A DNA stretch of 64,000 nt from an uncultured Bacilli bacterium (lineage in GTDB: Bacteria > Bacillota_I > Bacilli_A > RF39 > UBA660), in assembly GCA_944359015.1 (NCBI GenBank), contig CALVSK010000001.1:3139-67138 (forward strand), read 5' to 3'. Below, piece by piece: positions 53,649 through 62,690 of the stretch. The translations under genes were made by a program, and so were the position numbers. The notes under the pieces were generated by a model, which was not told where the DNA came from, made no database searches, and saw only the letters and a list, made by a program, of their open reading frames with translations. How positions within the stretch are numbered: position 1 is the first letter of the stretch; each line of letters begins with the position of its first letter.

Positions 53649-54920
53649 CTACATCTCATTTTCTATAATAGATTCAAGTTCAATACCTATTTTTTTTACT
53701 ACACCAACAACCAAAGCGTTTCCCATCATAAAATTTCTTTTTTTATCAGTCATACCAGAATTTGTCCAATTATCAGGAAATTCATTAATTCTTTCACATT
53801 CAATTGGAGTAAGCAATCTTATTTTTTTGGTATAATAGTCTTCTATTACATGAGTAGTTCTACTTACAGAGCCTTCACTAGTCAACATAGTGCGTGCAGG
53901 AGAATTTAAATTATCAGGAAAAGGCATAGTTCCTTCACTATAAAAATATAAATCACCATTAGGCTTTAAGCGAGGAATTTTTTTACTACCTTTCAAAATT
54001 TCAAATTTTTTTAGATGTACTTCATCTAAAAAATACTTTTTATCAATTTTTTTAGTTTCCCTAATATCCATTAGAGTTTTTCCAGAAACTAAAATTGACT
54101 TAACTTTTGATGAATAAATTTTTCCATTAAACATAACACCCGCATTATAAAATTGAAATTTAAAGTTATTGCTAATATCAACTAAATTAGAAAAGTTATT
54201 TTTAGATATATCTGTAAAGTTAAATTTAAATTCTTCATTTTCAATTGGAAATTGTTTATAAAAAAGACCGTTGTTATAAATAATATTTTTTAAATCCGTT
54301 TTTGATAAATGTTTATAATAGTTAGTAGATTTATGAAAACCAAAAATATAAATTCTTCTTCTTTTTTGGGGATGACCATATTCTCCGGCGTTAATAACAC
54401 GCCATTCAACAGCATAGCCATTATCTAAAAAACTTCTTAAAATAATTCCAAAGTCTCTACCTCTTTGTTTTGATGGAGAAAGTAATAATCTATCGACATT
54501 TTCCAATAGAACGAAAGGCGGTTTTTTAACTTTTAACACATCAGCAATAGCCCACCACAAAACACCTTTTTTGCCTTCAATTCCTTTGCTGTGAGATAAA
54601 GTTTGAGCAACAGAATAATCTTGACAAGGAAAACCACCAACCAGTAAAGTGTGGTTAGGTATACTTGTTTTATCGACTTCAAAAATATCAACATTACTAA
54701 CATCTTCTTTCCCAAAACGTAACGTATAACAATCATAAGCATCTTGACTTTTAGTTAATGGTTCCCACTGATTAGCCCAAACAAACTTCCAATTACCGTT
54801 TTCTTTAACTTTATCATTAATTAAAGTAACATTGTTTAATCCACATCTAAATCCACCTACACCAGCAAATAACTCGACAACTGTTTTCTCCATAATAACC
54901 TCCGTATACTTATTATACAT
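53649..54920 (-). CDS. dcm: DNA (cytosine-5)-methyltransferase
   Basis: Motif I FAGVGGF, motif IV GFPCQDYS, motif VI ENV, C-terminal conserved region. Confidence 0.85.
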   Translation of the reverse strand: MYNKYTEVIMEKTVVELFAGVGGFRCGLNNVTLINDKVKENGNWKFVWANQWEPLTKSQDAYDCYTLRFGKEDVSNVDIFEVDKTSIPNHTLLVGGFPCQDYSVAQTLSHSKGIEGKKGVLWWAIADVLKVKKPPFVLLENVDRLLLSPSKQRGRDFGIILRSFLDNGYAVEWRVINAGEYGHPQKRRRIYIFGFHKSTNYYKHLSKTDLKNIIYNNGLFYKQFPIENEEFKFNFTDISKNNFSNLVDISNNFKFQFYNAGVMFNGKIYSSKVKSILVSGKTLMDIRETKKIDKKYFLDEVHLKKFEILKGSKKIPRLKPNGDLYFYSEGTMPFPDNLNSPARTMLTSEGSVSRTTHVIEDYYTKKIRLLTPIECERINEFPDNWTNSGMTDKKRNFMMGNALVVGVVKKIGIELESIIENEM

Positions 54921-55013
54921 TAATAATTAGTTTAAAACAAGATCAAAAACAAATTTTTTTGTTTTACAAAAAACAGTAAAAATGATAAAATTTAGATAAA
55001 TAAGGAGGCAAAA

Positions 55014-55769
55014 ATGCAAACAACTCATATAGTAAAAGGAATGCCTAAAGATATAAAAGAAAAAAGGACTTTGAGAATAAAAGAAGCCATGAATTTTCCA
55101 TTAGGAAGCAAATTAGAGCCAACTCATAATGTTATAGACAAAATTAATGGAATAGAAATATATTTTGATAAACCTGGTAAAGAGTTTTTTCGAAATGGGG
55201 AAAATAAAAATATAAATGACATGACACCAGGAGTTGGAAATCATTATCCAAAATATGCATTTAAAGATATTTGGAAAGATTTATTAAATATATCTATTCA
55301 ACTACCAGAGGATTCTTATAAAAAATTATATGTAATAATATATAGACTAGCATATATGCTAGATTGTACTGTTAACGAAGACAAAGTTAGGTTTAATCCA
55401 TCGAAAGAAATAAAAAAGGAAATAGATAATATACAAAACGAAATAGACAAAAGAAAAATAGATTTTAAAGTATTAGAATTTTTATATTTTTTAGATTTAA
55501 TTGGGTGGAATGAAGATGTTAAATATCAATCATCACTTAATTTTGAAAATGTAAAAAAAGGAAGAATTAATAATATATTAAGTATGATATCCGTACCATT
55601 ACTTTTTAAAAAATTTATAGATGATATAATAAATAATAAAGATAATTTAGAAAATATAGACTACACAGATTTAATAGATATTGCCCAAGCATTTTCTAGA
55701 ACTAGAGGAGTATCACCTATATCAAATAAACTATTAATAAAACATTTAGAACCATATTTAATTGCTTAA
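55014..55769 (+). CDS. hypothetical protein divergent from dcm (candidate cognate restriction endonuclease or first gene of redox operon)
   Basis: 251 aa, RBS AAGGAGG; no recognisable motif. Confidence 0.3.
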   Translation: MQTTHIVKGMPKDIKEKRTLRIKEAMNFPLGSKLEPTHNVIDKINGIEIYFDKPGKEFFRNGENKNINDMTPGVGNHYPKYAFKDIWKDLLNISIQLPEDSYKKLYVIIYRLAYMLDCTVNEDKVRFNPSKEIKKEIDNIQNEIDKRKIDFKVLEFLYFLDLIGWNEDVKYQSSLNFENVKKGRINNILSMISVPLLFKKFIDDIINNKDNLENIDYTDLIDIAQAFSRTRGVSPISNKLLIKHLEPYLIA

Positions 55770-55786
55770 AAAGAAAGAGAGGAAAA

Positions 55787-56434
55787 ATGAAAAAGTATCG
55801 TTGCACAATATGTGGATACATATATGATGAGGAAGTAGAAAAAATAAAATTTGAGGATTTACCAGAAGATTGGAAATGTCCATTATGTGGAGCACCTAAA
55901 AACTTATTTGAAGAAATTATACTAGAAAATCAAAAAGAAATTGATAATAAAAATGAGATTAATGAAAAAACAAATGAAGAAGTATTTGAAGAATATAAAG
56001 AATTAACAAATGAAGAAATGGCTTATATATGTTCAAATTTAGCTAAAAGTTGTGAAAAGCAATATAAAGAAAAAGAGCAAAAACTTTACGAAACTTTATT
56101 TAAATATTATGAAAATAAAATAGTGCCAAAAGAAATTGAAATAAATGAATTATGTAATTTATACAAAGAAGAGATAGGATTATATGATGAAATTAAAGAG
56201 GCAGCTAAAAAAAATAATGACAGTGGAACATTAAGAGCGATAACATGGTCTAGTAAGGTATCAGCAATAATAAGAAATATAATAACTGAATATCAGGAAA
56301 AAGGTATAGAATATATTAAAGAAAATAAAATATGGGTATGTACAATATGCGGTTTTATTTATATTGGAAGTAACCCTCCAACATATTGCCCTGTTTGTAA
56401 AGTACCTAATATAAAAATAGTAGAGGTGAAATAA
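55787..56434 (+). CDS. rubredoxin-domain protein (N-terminal rubredoxin + C-terminal rubredoxin-like Cys4 knuckle, non-rubrerythrin middle)
   Basis: [11 protein letters not shown]...[17 protein letters not shown] is a canonical rubredoxin; C-terminus [18 protein letters not shown]; middle lacks ExxH diiron motifs. Confidence 0.55.
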   Translation: MKKYRCTICGYIYDEEVEKIKFEDLPEDWKCPLCGAPKNLFEEIILENQKEIDNKNEINEKTNEEVFEEYKELTNEEMAYICSNLAKSCEKQYKEKEQKLYETLFKYYENKIVPKEIEINELCNLYKEEIGLYDEIKEAAKKNNDSGTLRAITWSSKVSAIIRNIITEYQEKGIEYIKENKIWVCTICGFIYIGSNPPTYCPVCKVPNIKIVEVK

Positions 56435-56436
56435 TA

Positions 56437-56913
56437 ATGGCAAAAAAACATGCATATCGTAATATAAAAATGTGTACAAAAGACTGTTTATGTTTATTTG
56501 TATGTCCTACTGGAGCAGCAAATAATGAAACTGGACAAATTGATTATTCTAAATGTATAGGATGTGGAGCCTGTGCTGAAGCATGTCCATCCAAAGCAAT
56601 AACTTTAATACCAAATAACATGCCCGAAATACAGCCAAAATATAAAAGCATAATTGATAAAAATTTTAAATTAGCCAATTTTAAAATTGAAGAAATAAAG
56701 ATACTAAAATACTTATTAAAAAAAGCAACAAATGAGGAACAAAAAATCCTTAAGGCATTAATATATTCTAATCAAATAATAATAGAAGACTTAATGCGAG
56801 AATCAGGCTATATGCTGCCAAATACCAAATATAGTAAAAATCTATTAAATAATATTCGAAAAAATGAAGAGTTAAAAGAAATCGCTCAAGAATTAATTGA
56901 AGAATTTGAATAG
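56437..56913 (+). CDS. 4Fe-4S ferredoxin-domain protein with C-terminal helical extension
   Basis: [12 protein letters not shown] and [12 protein letters not shown] cluster motifs. Confidence 0.6.
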   Translation: MAKKHAYRNIKMCTKDCLCLFVCPTGAANNETGQIDYSKCIGCGACAEACPSKAITLIPNNMPEIQPKYKSIIDKNFKLANFKIEEIKILKYLLKKATNEEQKILKALIYSNQIIIEDLMRESGYMLPNTKYSKNLLNNIRKNEELKEIAQELIEEFE

Positions 56914-56932
56914 AAATTAGTGGGTATTAAAT

Positions 56933-57796
56933 ATGAAAACAAAAGTATATTATATTAAAGAAATCTCAAAAGAAAATATATTAAAAATATATAAAGCATT
57001 AAATATAGAATTGCCAGGAAAAGTAGCAATAAAAATTCATTCAGGAGAATTAGGTAATCAAAACTTTCTAAAGCCTGAGTTATATCAAGATATCCAAAAA
57101 CATTTAAATGGAACTTTAGTAGAAACAAATACAGCATATGAAGGATCAAGAAATACAACAGAAAAGCACCAAAAAACATTAGAAATACATGGGTGGAATA
57201 AATATTATGATATAGATATATTAGATAGTGAAACCCCTGATATAGAATTAGAAATTACTAATGGTATAAGAATTAAAAAAAATTATATAGGTAATCACTT
57301 TAAAAAATATGATTCATTACTTATTATTTCACATTTTAAGGGACACCCTATGGGTGGTTTTGGAGGAGCATTAAAACAGTTATCAATAGGTTGTGCCTCT
57401 AGTTATGGTAAGGCCTATATACATAGTGCTGGAACAATGAAAAATATATTTAGTACAAAGCAAGAATATTTTTTAGAATCAATGGCAGATGCTGCATCAA
57501 GCATTTGCAAACTATATGAAAATAAAATATGTTTTATTAATGTTTTAGCAAATTTATCGATTGATTGTGACTGTTGTAGTATAGCAGAAAATCCATGTAT
57601 GGAAGATATAGGAATATTAGCAAGTACTGACCCTTTAGCATTAGACCAAGCTTGTATGGATTTAATTTATAATTCGAAAAATATAGGAAAAGAAAAATTT
57701 ATAAAAAGAGTTGAAGATAGAAAAGGAAATTATATCTTAGAGTGTGCTAATAAATTAAAAATTGGTTCAAGAAAATATGAATTAATAGAAATATAA
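56933..57796 (+). CDS. DUF362-like uncharacterised Fe-S-associated protein
   Basis: 287 aa; IKIHSGELGN and ISHFKGHPMGGFGGALKQLSIGCAS resemble DUF362 conserved blocks; several Cys near C-terminus (CDCCS). Confidence 0.4.
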   Translation: MKTKVYYIKEISKENILKIYKALNIELPGKVAIKIHSGELGNQNFLKPELYQDIQKHLNGTLVETNTAYEGSRNTTEKHQKTLEIHGWNKYYDIDILDSETPDIELEITNGIRIKKNYIGNHFKKYDSLLIISHFKGHPMGGFGGALKQLSIGCASSYGKAYIHSAGTMKNIFSTKQEYFLESMADAASSICKLYENKICFINVLANLSIDCDCCSIAENPCMEDIGILASTDPLALDQACMDLIYNSKNIGKEKFIKRVEDRKGNYILECANKLKIGSRKYELIEI

Positions 57797-58267
57797 ATTA
57801 AGTTAAAAACAAAAATTAATTAAAGATAATTTTTATATTATAAGTATAGTGTATTTCATTTAAAATTTAATATTGCTAAAAAATGTATAATAATTGCTTT
57901 TATAGATATAAAAAATTTTAGACATAGTATGAAATTTAATAATTATAAAACATTTGTGATTATATGAAAGAATAGCAATCCATTTTAATAATATCTATAT
58001 TAAAAATATTTAAATACTTAATTATTCTTTAATCATTTTCATTTTTTAAACCTCTTTTTAAACACAAAAAAATCCCATATCAATAAGTAATATAGGATTT
58101 TTTTATAATATAAAACTCACACAAATATGTGAGCAATTTTTTTAATGGAGCAAGTGTCGTAGTTATCTACAACTCTTTTCCAATAACGAAAGAAATACAT
58201 ATAATCTTCCGTTGTTATTAATAATATACCACATTTTAAGTATTTATGGAATATATATTTGCTTAAT

Positions 58268-60241
58268 TTATTTATTCTTTTTCTTACTACCTAATTTAGC
58301 ATTCCATAGCATATTAATAGATTCTAATAATTGGATTCTTTCTTCAGTCAAATCATTGTTTTTATAGCATACTCTTTGAGTTCTAATCCAACTTCCTAAT
58401 TTTATTCCATCTTTAGTAATATAATTGGCTGGTATATCAAGCGAGCCATTTTCTATAAAATATTTTTTTGCATAGGAATATTTTTTCATCCATTGTTCCT
58501 TTTTTAGGGGTATTATTTTATGTTTTCCAGAACAATATGGACACTCTGGATTTTTAACTCTTCTTGCAATTGTGGCTCTCCATTCATGATTATTTGAGCA
58601 TCTCCACCAAACCTTTTTATTACTACCAGAAGTACAATTATATGGTCTTAATTCTAGATTTTTTTTATAATTCCATTCTTTAGCTAATTCAGGATATAAA
58701 GTTTCAAAATCATTAAATCCTTTTAATACACGATGGTTTGAACAATATGGACATCTATTGCCTTTTGAAACATTAATAATACTTTCTTCCCATTCACCTT
58801 TGCAAATAGGACATTTCCACCAAATAATTTTATTGCTCATATATGAAAACATACTTGGCTTCAAATTATTATTTTTTTCATAATTCCAAAATTTTACTAA
58901 ATCAGGAAATTTATTTTCAAAATTATTTTTTTTCTCATAAGAAATGTAATTATTATATATTTCATGTCTATCTCGGTTTATATTAAAATTGACATCATGA
59001 AAATCAATTCTAATATATTTTGATAATAATTTAAATAATAGTTGTAGTGCTGATTCAAGATTACTATATTTATGATCGACTTTAAAATAAATTACGTCAT
59101 TGTCAATTTTTTGCATTTTATAATCTTCTTTAATTCTAATTAAGAATATTCCAGCTTTTTTAAGGGCATCATTCTTTCTAATTTCTCTGTTCTTTAAATT
59201 TAACCTATTATGATATGCTATTCCGTCATATTCTATCGCAATTGAATAATCACAAAGATAAATGTCTATTTCCCAATCATTAATCTTAATTCGAGAATCA
59301 ACCTTAAAATATTTGGATAAATAGTATAAAAAACATTGTTCTGGAAAAGATGTTCTTAATTCGCTAGAACATTTTTTACAATTCCTTCCTTGAAATCTAT
59401 TATTAACACTTGCTTGCCATTCATGACCTCTATTACAAATCCACCAAACTTTTTTATCTGAATATGGTTTAACATCTTCTGGTTTAAGATTGCCATTTTT
59501 TGTTGGATGCCATTCTTTTGCTAAATCTGGAGCAACGGCCGCTAAATTATTAGATTTTGTAGCAATTAAACCACTACAAACAGGACAACCATGACCTTTT
59601 AATCTTGTGCTTGCACTTGCTTGCCATTCGTAATTGCACGTACTACATTTCCAATAATACTTTTTGTTTGAATTTGGAGTAATATCTTTTATAGAAATAT
59701 TATTATTTTTCTCTGACAACCATTCTTTTTCTAAAAAAGGTGCTTTATCGAATAAACTACCATTTTTTTTAATTAAAGTTTTAATTCTGTTTTTTGACTT
59801 GCATTTTGGACATCCATTTCCATTTGCTTTTGAACCAACTGACATAAAATATGATTCTTTACATTCTTTACAAATCCACCAAACTTTTTGATTGGATTTC
59901 GGTGTCACTTTATAGGGCGATATATTATTTTTATTTGTATCCCAAAATTGTAATAATTCCGGAAATTTTTCTGCAAAAGAACCATTCTTTCTAATTTTTG
60001 TTTCTAGTGTTTTTGTTTTTTGAATGTTTTTCGCACATTTAGGGCAACCTCTTTTGCCACTAGTTGTCAAATTTAATTTTCTTTCCCACTTATAATGACA
60101 TTGTTGGCATTCCCATTTTATTATTTTTTCACTGCCATACGAAATATTTTCTGGTGTTAAAGGCATATTCTCTTTTTCAAGCCATTGCTCTAAAATGTAA
60201 ACACAATTATTTTCAAAACACCACTTTTTTAAACTCTTCAA
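58268..60241 (-). CDS. multi-zinc-ribbon protein: 6 treble-clef Zn-ribbon repeats (DUF4379-like) + DUF559/Vsr-like PD-(D/E)xK endonuclease-like domain + C-terminal helicase-associated (HA) domain
   Basis: Repeats of W.C..(C/H)..W.......G.GCP.C (6x); central ..DYSIAIEYDGIAYHN..NREIRKNDALKKAGIFLIRI.. matches DUF559; C-terminal ..DGIKLGSWIRTQRVCYKNNDLTEERIQLLESINMLW.. matches HA domain. Confidence 0.5.
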   Translation of the reverse strand: MKSLKKWCFENNCVYILEQWLEKENMPLTPENISYGSEKIIKWECQQCHYKWERKLNLTTSGKRGCPKCAKNIQKTKTLETKIRKNGSFAEKFPELLQFWDTNKNNISPYKVTPKSNQKVWWICKECKESYFMSVGSKANGNGCPKCKSKNRIKTLIKKNGSLFDKAPFLEKEWLSEKNNNISIKDITPNSNKKYYWKCSTCNYEWQASASTRLKGHGCPVCSGLIATKSNNLAAVAPDLAKEWHPTKNGNLKPEDVKPYSDKKVWWICNRGHEWQASVNNRFQGRNCKKCSSELRTSFPEQCFLYYLSKYFKVDSRIKINDWEIDIYLCDYSIAIEYDGIAYHNRLNLKNREIRKNDALKKAGIFLIRIKEDYKMQKIDNDVIYFKVDHKYSNLESALQLLFKLLSKYIRIDFHDVNFNINRDRHEIYNNYISYEKKNNFENKFPDLVKFWNYEKNNNLKPSMFSYMSNKIIWWKCPICKGEWEESIINVSKGNRCPYCSNHRVLKGFNDFETLYPELAKEWNYKKNLELRPYNCTSGSNKKVWWRCSNNHEWRATIARRVKNPECPYCSGKHKIIPLKKEQWMKKYSYAKKYFIENGSLDIPANYITKDGIKLGSWIRTQRVCYKNNDLTEERIQLLESINMLWNAKLGSKKKNK

Positions 60242-60257
60242 GAATGCACCTCCTTAT

Positions 60258-60845
60258 TTAATTGTAAATTTTTCTTTTAATATCTTGATATTTTATTTTC
60301 ATTTTCTGTATGTCTATTTCTTTGTTTAGCAATTCCTTAACTATTCCCCATAATCCTTTATCATTATAGGGAAACATATCCATATATAAACTAAAAGGAC
60401 ATTGAGATACCAATTGGGCTTCTCCTTCAATACCCTTTCTATTTACACCGTATTTGATTTTGCTTTTTTCTTTTTTTTCAATATTTATATCTAATATTAC
60501 AGGAGCGCTTATATATGTTCCATCTAAAGTCAGACTTATGGCAATATCAATTATTTTCCCATCTAATTCAATCCACGAATGATCAAATATGTAATTATCT
60601 TTTTGTACTTCTCCAATACATATTTCGGGTTTATATCCATTTTCAACTAAAACTACATATAATACACTTGAAATTGCATGACAAGCACCGCTCCATTGAT
60701 TATTATAGATATATTTATAAAAACTTATTAAAATGCTAGACAAATTTTTATCATAGCCGTTTTCTAAAACAATTTTTTCTATGGTATCAAAACTATAATT
60801 CATATAGATTCCTCCGTGCATTAATCGGTATTTATATTTTATCAT
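60258..60845 (-). CDS. hypothetical protein with transglutaminase/papain-like Cys-His-Asp signature
   Basis: ..WSGACHAISS.. and ..FDHSWIELDGKIIDIA.. spacing resembles transglutaminase-like cysteine peptidase core. Confidence 0.3.
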   Translation of the reverse strand: MIKYKYRLMHGGIYMNYSFDTIEKIVLENGYDKNLSSILISFYKYIYNNQWSGACHAISSVLYVVLVENGYKPEICIGEVQKDNYIFDHSWIELDGKIIDIAISLTLDGTYISAPVILDINIEKKEKSKIKYGVNRKGIEGEAQLVSQCPFSLYMDMFPYNDKGLWGIVKELLNKEIDIQKMKIKYQDIKRKIYN

Positions 60846-60919
60846 TTTTAAATATTAAATAATAGTGTTTAAAGCAAAAAAAAGAACTACTGTTAGAGTA
60901 GTCCTAACTGACTAAAACA

Positions 60920-62302
60920 TTATATTTCTAAATCAAAGTCATCATGATCTTTGTTTTTATCATATTTTTTGCTCCAATTATAATCTTCTTTTATGTCAGT
61001 AATTGTTTTTTCACTAAATATTCCATGCTCGTATAAGTCTTTTGAAAATTCCCAATAATCTTCACGTTCTTTGTCTTTTCCAAGTATTTTATGTTTGATA
61101 AAGTTGATTAATCTATCAAATAAATCTTTAAAATGATTTACTAGTTCTTCAAGGTGTTTATTATCTTTTTTCAATTCTTTAATCTCTTTATTTTTATTAT
61201 CAATGTTTTTAGATAGAGTATCTACTTTAAGAGATAATGCCTCATTGTTTTCGGTTAGTATTTTAATTTTTTCTCTATTTTCTGCTAATTCAGTATCAAC
61301 ATTATTTAGGGTAACTGATAATTTTTCAGTTCGTTTGAAATCTGCGTTTGTTTTATCTACTTTATCAATATATTCTAAAATTTTATTTTTATCATTTTCA
61401 GAAATAGTATAGGTATTTTTAACTATTGGTGCTTTTTTAAGATTATTGACTGTATCTTTAATATCTATGGTTCTTTGATCAAGTTCACTAGATTTTTTAC
61501 TGGCTATTTCTAGTGCTTTTTTATCTTTTTTCATTTGGTTTTTCATGGCTTGATAATTTCCCATATCTTTGACATTTATATCTTTGTTTCTGCCTTTTTC
61601 TTTCTTTTTCAAAATGTCATTTAAGCCATATTCTTTATTGAAACTAGCAATACATAAAGTTCTCATTTTATCTTGTAATCTGCGTAGGCTATCTCTTGTG
61701 AAAACATCTCCTTTTCCAACTTGTTTTTTCATACCATTTTTATTTTTATATTTTATGGGTACACCAACAATATGAAGATGTGGACTAGTTTCGTCATAAT
61801 GAATAATCGCACTGGCTATTTTAAAGTTTGGTAGTTGCTCCTCTAAATCGCTCACTTGTTCTTTAAAAACATTAGTCATTTTATGCTTAAATTTATCGTC
61901 TTTCGTATCCCAATATTTCTTATCTCCAAGTTCAATGATGATTTCACAAGCAAGGTCATTTTTAGAATTATCACTTATCTTTTTGAAATAATCAGTAATC
62001 TTTCTATCATCTCTTGTTTGTCTAGAATTATATTCATCTACTGCTTCTTTAAATTCTTCTTCATAAAGTTTTTTTACATCATCATAAAGAGAAGAAGTAC
62101 CTCTTATTATTTCAATTAGTTCTGTATTATTATCATATTTACGATAATTATGTTTATCAACTCTTGATAAGCCTCTTGCATTTTGAATTGCATTGTTAGA
62201 TAAAGAGGTCGAGCCAGAAGCATTATTTTTAGCCATATTTCTTGATGACGGTTTTCTATTTTTATCACTACCAAGATGTAGTGAATAAGATAAGGTACTC
62301 AT
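60920..62302 (-). CDS. mob: MobV-family (Mob/Pre) plasmid-type relaxase
   Basis: HxDExxPHxH motif (IIHYDETSPHLHIVGVP); N-terminal relaxase domain and C-terminal coiled-coil typical of Pre/MobV. Confidence 0.7.
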   Translation of the reverse strand: MSTLSYSLHLGSDKNRKPSSRNMAKNNASGSTSLSNNAIQNARGLSRVDKHNYRKYDNNTELIEIIRGTSSLYDDVKKLYEEEFKEAVDEYNSRQTRDDRKITDYFKKISDNSKNDLACEIIIELGDKKYWDTKDDKFKHKMTNVFKEQVSDLEEQLPNFKIASAIIHYDETSPHLHIVGVPIKYKNKNGMKKQVGKGDVFTRDSLRRLQDKMRTLCIASFNKEYGLNDILKKKEKGRNKDINVKDMGNYQAMKNQMKKDKKALEIASKKSSELDQRTIDIKDTVNNLKKAPIVKNTYTISENDKNKILEYIDKVDKTNADFKRTEKLSVTLNNVDTELAENREKIKILTENNEALSLKVDTLSKNIDNKNKEIKELKKDNKHLEELVNHFKDLFDRLINFIKHKILGKDKEREDYWEFSKDLYEHGIFSEKTITDIKEDYNWSKKYDKNKDHDDFDLEI

Positions 62303-62460
62303 TTATTTTTGCCTCCTTTCATAGATATATTTTGGCTCTGACAAAATATTTAACCCCCTAGGTATTTTGACGCAAGCATCAAAATTACCTGTGGGCTAGG
62401 GATATTCCCTAGAACCCTTTTAGACTTATTCCATATTGTTTTAAAGCTACCACAATAAAA
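62303..62460. promoter_or_regulatory. candidate oriT / mob promoter region with inverted repeats
   Basis: Perfect palindrome CTAGGGA-TAT-TCCCTAG at 62396-62412 and imperfect IR AGGTATTTTGA..TCAAAATTACCT at 62369-62390 immediately upstream of mob. Confidence 0.35.
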
Positions 62461-62647
62461 CAAAATTACATAAGTCTCCTTAACAAACTATCGCCACTTT
62501 CATTGAACAAAGTTCAACAAAACGTGCCACGTTTGTTATAACTTTTTTTAGAAAAAAGTTAGCAAAAAATTTTTATTATAGATAAGTTCAAAACAAGAAA
62601 AGTAAACTTTTTTGTTTTAAACTTTTTCCATTTTTATATTATTATTT

Positions 62648-62690
62648 CTAGTCAAGGGTTTCACAAGTAAGTAAACTTACCCTTGACTAG
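62648..62690. repeat. 11-bp perfect inverted repeat CTAGTCAAGGG...CCCTTGACTAG straddling recombinase stop codon
   Basis: Arms 62648-62658 and 62680-62690, 21-nt loop; candidate recombination site or terminator. Confidence 0.4.

Larger units (their letters stand above)
36700..53650. mobile_element. integrated phage-like genomic/defence island (int, CI/Cro, replication module, Thoeris-II-like pair, type I R-M, accessory genes)
   Basis: Tyrosine integrase, repressor/Cro switch, phage replication protein, HNH; cargo of defence genes; related RNA-like modules and GGGAACAA repeats at both ends; inserted between recG and further mobile DNA. Confidence 0.45.
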
